Origin: Paraglomus brasilianum
Lineage: Eukaryota
Direction of reading: 5' to 3'
Length of the DNA: 39,682 nucleotides
NCBI GenBank assembly: GCA_910592345.1
Contig: CAJVPI010000242.1
Location: forward strand, 1 to 39,682
Part shown: piece by piece, positions 36,103 to 39,682 of the stretch
How the letters are laid out: the number at the start of each line of letters is the position of its first letter
How positions within the stretch are numbered: the first letter of the stretch is position 1
Made by a program: the position numbers and the translations under genes
The notes under the pieces: model-generated
Told to the model about the DNA's origin: nothing
The model's input: only the letters and a program-made list of their open reading frames with translations
The model's database searches: none

Positions 36103-37050
36103 GAAGGGGTTTTGTAACAATGTGATGGAGCGGTTTATAGCCTGCTGGACAATTTACTATAACAAAGTGATCCATTTTCGCTCTTGCTAAAATGTTAATT
36201 CTATTATGCAACTTATTATTATCTTGCATGTGATGGGCTATGGGGTATAATTTGTCTGTTGGTTAATTTTCCGTTGGACTCACTAGTTATAGAGATCAAA
36301 TATTATTTTCGTATCAAGTCACATTACAAATTATTGCAAATAATATTACGAAAGGATATCGTTTACAATAAATAATATGAGTTCTCTAGAAATTTAACAA
36401 AAAAAGTTGTCTATCCAATATTTCTGGAGCATAGAGCATGGAACATGTATCGAACGAACGCGGGAGACGTATTTATGTTTACTATGCTACATCCCGTGAT
36501 GTCGCGATCTCGAAACCACAATCCCGGGCATCTGGCAGACAGTTAAATAAAGTAACGTCTACTTTTTCACCAGACTTTATTTGTAATATAATGCAAATAT
36601 AAAAATATATATTAGTTCTTGGAGAGCGATTCTGTGAGCCGTATGGTTATAATTTACGCGAATTCTGGATTTGATTCTACGTATCAAAATTCTAATTATA
36701 TCTTTAGAAATGCCATACTTTATCTTTCACAGTTACTATTGGAATTCCCCTATGATAAAATTCCCAACAACGGGCGGAGCCATTCACTCACCAGAAAAAA
36801 ATCAGAGCGATATATAAAAGAAAAAATTTTTCTAGGACAGCAGAGGCAACGTGAGTCGCTTTGCGAAGCAAATATCAGAAAAATAGGAATAACAGAATAT
36901 ATAAGTCTGAATTAATTATTTTTTACTGGAAGAAAGTTTTTCCATTTGGATACGAAATGACGACGCAAATGTGAACTCGTCATCATTCAAAATGACGATG
37001 CAAATGCAAACTCATCATTACTTGGCCAAATAACTATTTTTTTTTTTCAG

Positions 37051-37500
37051 ATGCAGAAATATAATCTTGCGTCATTTTATAAGGACCCCAGAAGATATAA
37101 CTGTAGATTTTGTAGAAATATATTCTAAAAAAGAAATGCGCAATGCCTATAATGGATTGGTTCAGGCTATGGATTCCTTGGATAACTTGCATAACAAACA
37201 TAGACTCATAATTGAGAATGATTCGCGGGAAAAAGCTTCTTGTGATTCATTATTGCCAAAAGTTATTGCGTTGGAGGAGATTTTGCGAGGCGTAGGTTTT
37301 TCTTCAGGCATTCACACGTCTTCTATATTATCTCGCAAAGACTTTGATGCTAGCTTATCAAGCTTCTTACCAATTTATAAGAAAAATGAGCATCGTTACT
37401 GATATTGCTAATAGTCCGTAACAATGCAAGTTTAACGGCATCAACAACGGAAATAAAATTGCCATACACAAGTGTGCCAACTATATATGCCAAGACTATC
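37051..37500 (+). pseudogene. Fragment resembling the C-terminal region of viral-type replication origin-binding helicases
   Basis: MQKYNLASFYKDP/EDITVDFVEIYSKKEMRNAYNGL..LEEILRGVGF, with a frameshift near 37090 and later stops. Recognised from memory of the family only. Confidence 0.4.
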
Positions 37501-37612
37501 AAATAATGTTTGGTAGTCCGAAAATTTGAGCAAATACTAGTTAGTTGTTTCACAATTCATTCAGTTATGAGATATCGTAGAGTCGGGTACGATTTCGCTA
37601 TTGTAATTATGT

Positions 37613-37752
37613 CAGTACCTCCCCTACCAGATTTGGTAACGTTTTGAGTTACTGAATTTGATAGTTTAGCACTCGGTGAGGTAAATTACCTCCTCAATCC
37701 ATTGCCAAATTTGGAAATTATCTACTCCTAAATATGGTAGGTGGAGGCACTG
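37613..37752. mobile_element. Short MITE-like element (140 bp) just upstream of the kinase gene
   Basis: Imperfect TIRs CAGTACCTCC-CCTACCAGATTT / CAGTGCCTCCACCTACCATATTT. No clear TSD. Confidence 0.6.
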
Positions 37753-37841
37753 TTAAGCGTTACACACGGATATCGGAATATTAGTGTTAATATTAATATT
37801 AACGTCTCGGTGATTGTACTTGAAAACTTCGTATTCAAACG

Positions 37842-39682
37842 ATGTCATTAGTTCCAGGGGCTAAGAATCCAGCAATTGACAACTTGGTTCAATCCTCCTT
37901 GGAAAGTGAAAGTGAACATGAACATGAATGGATTCCTTACGAGGAAATCACCTACATAAAGCCAACTCAAATTTCCACTGTCCTTTATGCTAGTCGTTAT
38001 GGCGTCGAAATAATACTGGTATTCCTTGGAAGTAGTGAAGAATGTACGCAAACATTTGCGAGTGAGTTTGCCAGAATATACTCACTTCCAACACACAGGT
38101 ACAATAATGATGACAGTCAGTTTGGACGATATAAGGAATGGCTCGATCATCGCAACAGACTAATAATGGGGTTTACCAAATGTAATGACAAGTATTACAT
38201 GGTTGCTGATGAACGCTTTTACCATTGTTACTCTCGATATGGATTCTGCTCTGCATGTGGAATATTCCGATGTAGTTCTGTGTGGTGCATTTGCGGTCAT
38301 AAAGAATTATCCGATGGATGGACGAGCAACAATAAGCAACTTGATGAGTTTATTAAGAAATCTCAATTACAAACAAACTCACCAAGTGATGCCTATTTGG
38401 AGTGGATTCCATCCAATTGTATTGATGATGAATATGGTGTTGTATCCTTAAATGGTCTACCTACTTATGCAACTGCTAAATTGATTCCGATTGAAATAAT
38501 GGATGAGACGGGTGATTCATATTATGACAAGGTGACTATCAAGTACGAATATAACAAATTTATCCATTGTTTAGATAAATATTTATGTATAATTTCCACT
38601 ACTTATGTTATAAGCATCCAGATATTCTTACCACGAATGTTTGGGCTACCATCGGATTCACATATGATATACGTGAACAAAAGTATCGTCTCATAAAAGC
38701 TGACGGTGAATTATGTCTGATGTGTATGGAGCGATTAGAACCTAAGATAAACGCATTCTGTTATCATTGTAAAGCACCACAACCTGTTGATTGGACGACT
38801 GGTAACAAGTCTCTGGATTCATTTATAATGGAATCATGGAAGAACACAAAGAACATATATGATACCTATATACAATGGATAGAATACTCTCTATTAACAA
38901 ATATACAAGAGATGACATCATTGCGCCATGGATGCACACATATAGCAGAATGTTTCGAACTGACAACAAATGAATTGACACGTGTGACACTCAAAAAGAT
39001 AGTTGACGAAGGGGATGATCAATCGTTTGATTTCCATCAGGTAAATTAAATTATGCATTAACATGTGTATCGCGCGTTTAAAATCGACCAAGTATTGTAA
39101 CGACTGTATTTGTTTACTTCAAATAGCTAACTAAGGAATACCCGAAGATATTAACCCCAGATAATATTTGGACATTTGGGATCACTCAGGAATCATCTAC
39201 TCGGGGATACTATTTAGTTTTCTACCACGACGTACATGCAATATTGGACAAATTTATACGAAACAATGAACGTGTAAAGTACGTGCAGTATGGCGACTTT
39301 GATGAAACTAAAGAGATCGGATCTGGTGGTTACGGGACAGTTTATATGGCTGATTACAAAAAGCATTCAGAAGTAATGTCTATGCAAGAAACTATTGTAC
39401 TCAAACGGTTTAAGAGTTTTGACGAAACGCCGGGATTAATTATTTCCGAGGTAAGCAATGATTGGTAGTATTAATTGAAGTGATATTTAATTGACTTTGT
39501 ATTTGTTTTCATTTAATAGTTCAGAAATCATGCCAAGTGCGCAATAGCAAGGGGTCGTTTCCTTAAAATTTATGGAGTCACACAAGACCCAGAAACAAAA
39601 GAGTGCATGATTGTTATGCAATATGCTAACAATGGTAGTCTTTTGTCTTATTTGGATCAAAATATTAACAAATTGACGTGGA
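37842..39682 (+). CDS. TKL-type protein kinase of the Glomeromycotina-expanded family, 3'-incomplete; exons 37842-38531, 38615-39040, 39127-39450, 39520->39682
   Basis: Repeated WTSNNKQLDEFI..YLEWIP / WTTGNKSLDSFI..YIQWIEY modules, Gly-loop IGSGGYGTVY, VLK, and IYGVTQDPET..IVMQYANNGSL. Confidence 0.9.

Noticed and set aside
36955..37020. ~35-bp tandem duplication AAATGACGA(C/T)GCAAATG..AACTC(G/A)TCAT; similar short duplications at 29212/29253 and 31871/31915
   Set aside because: Real but ordinary local duplications with no evidence of function.

Overview
Eukaryotic, intron-rich, AT-rich fungal DNA; the expanded TKL-type kinase and nuclease-fold families point to a Glomeromycotina (arbuscular mycorrhizal)-type genome, which is an inference. 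A core of housekeeping genes (SPF30/SMNDC1, SERINC/TMS1, PIG-H/GPI15, APT1, NSE4; ~13-28 kb) is flanked on the left by a Thr-rich gene, a Swi6/Cdc10-like ankyrin gene with a ~400-residue Gln/Pro tract, and degenerate repeats. On the right lies a TE-rich accessory zone with a Tc1 relic, several MITEs, two PD-(D/E)xK-fold genes, a possible viral-type origin-binding-protein relic and a kinase running off the window. The most striking feature is a recent ~1 kb tandem duplication of an intronless 4-Cys secreted protein gene: after an identical 116-bp core, the copies differ at ~20 non-synonymous codons versus ~1 synonymous one, often at alternating positions of predicted beta-strands. All gene models are hand-spliced and all family calls are from motif recognition, not database searches.
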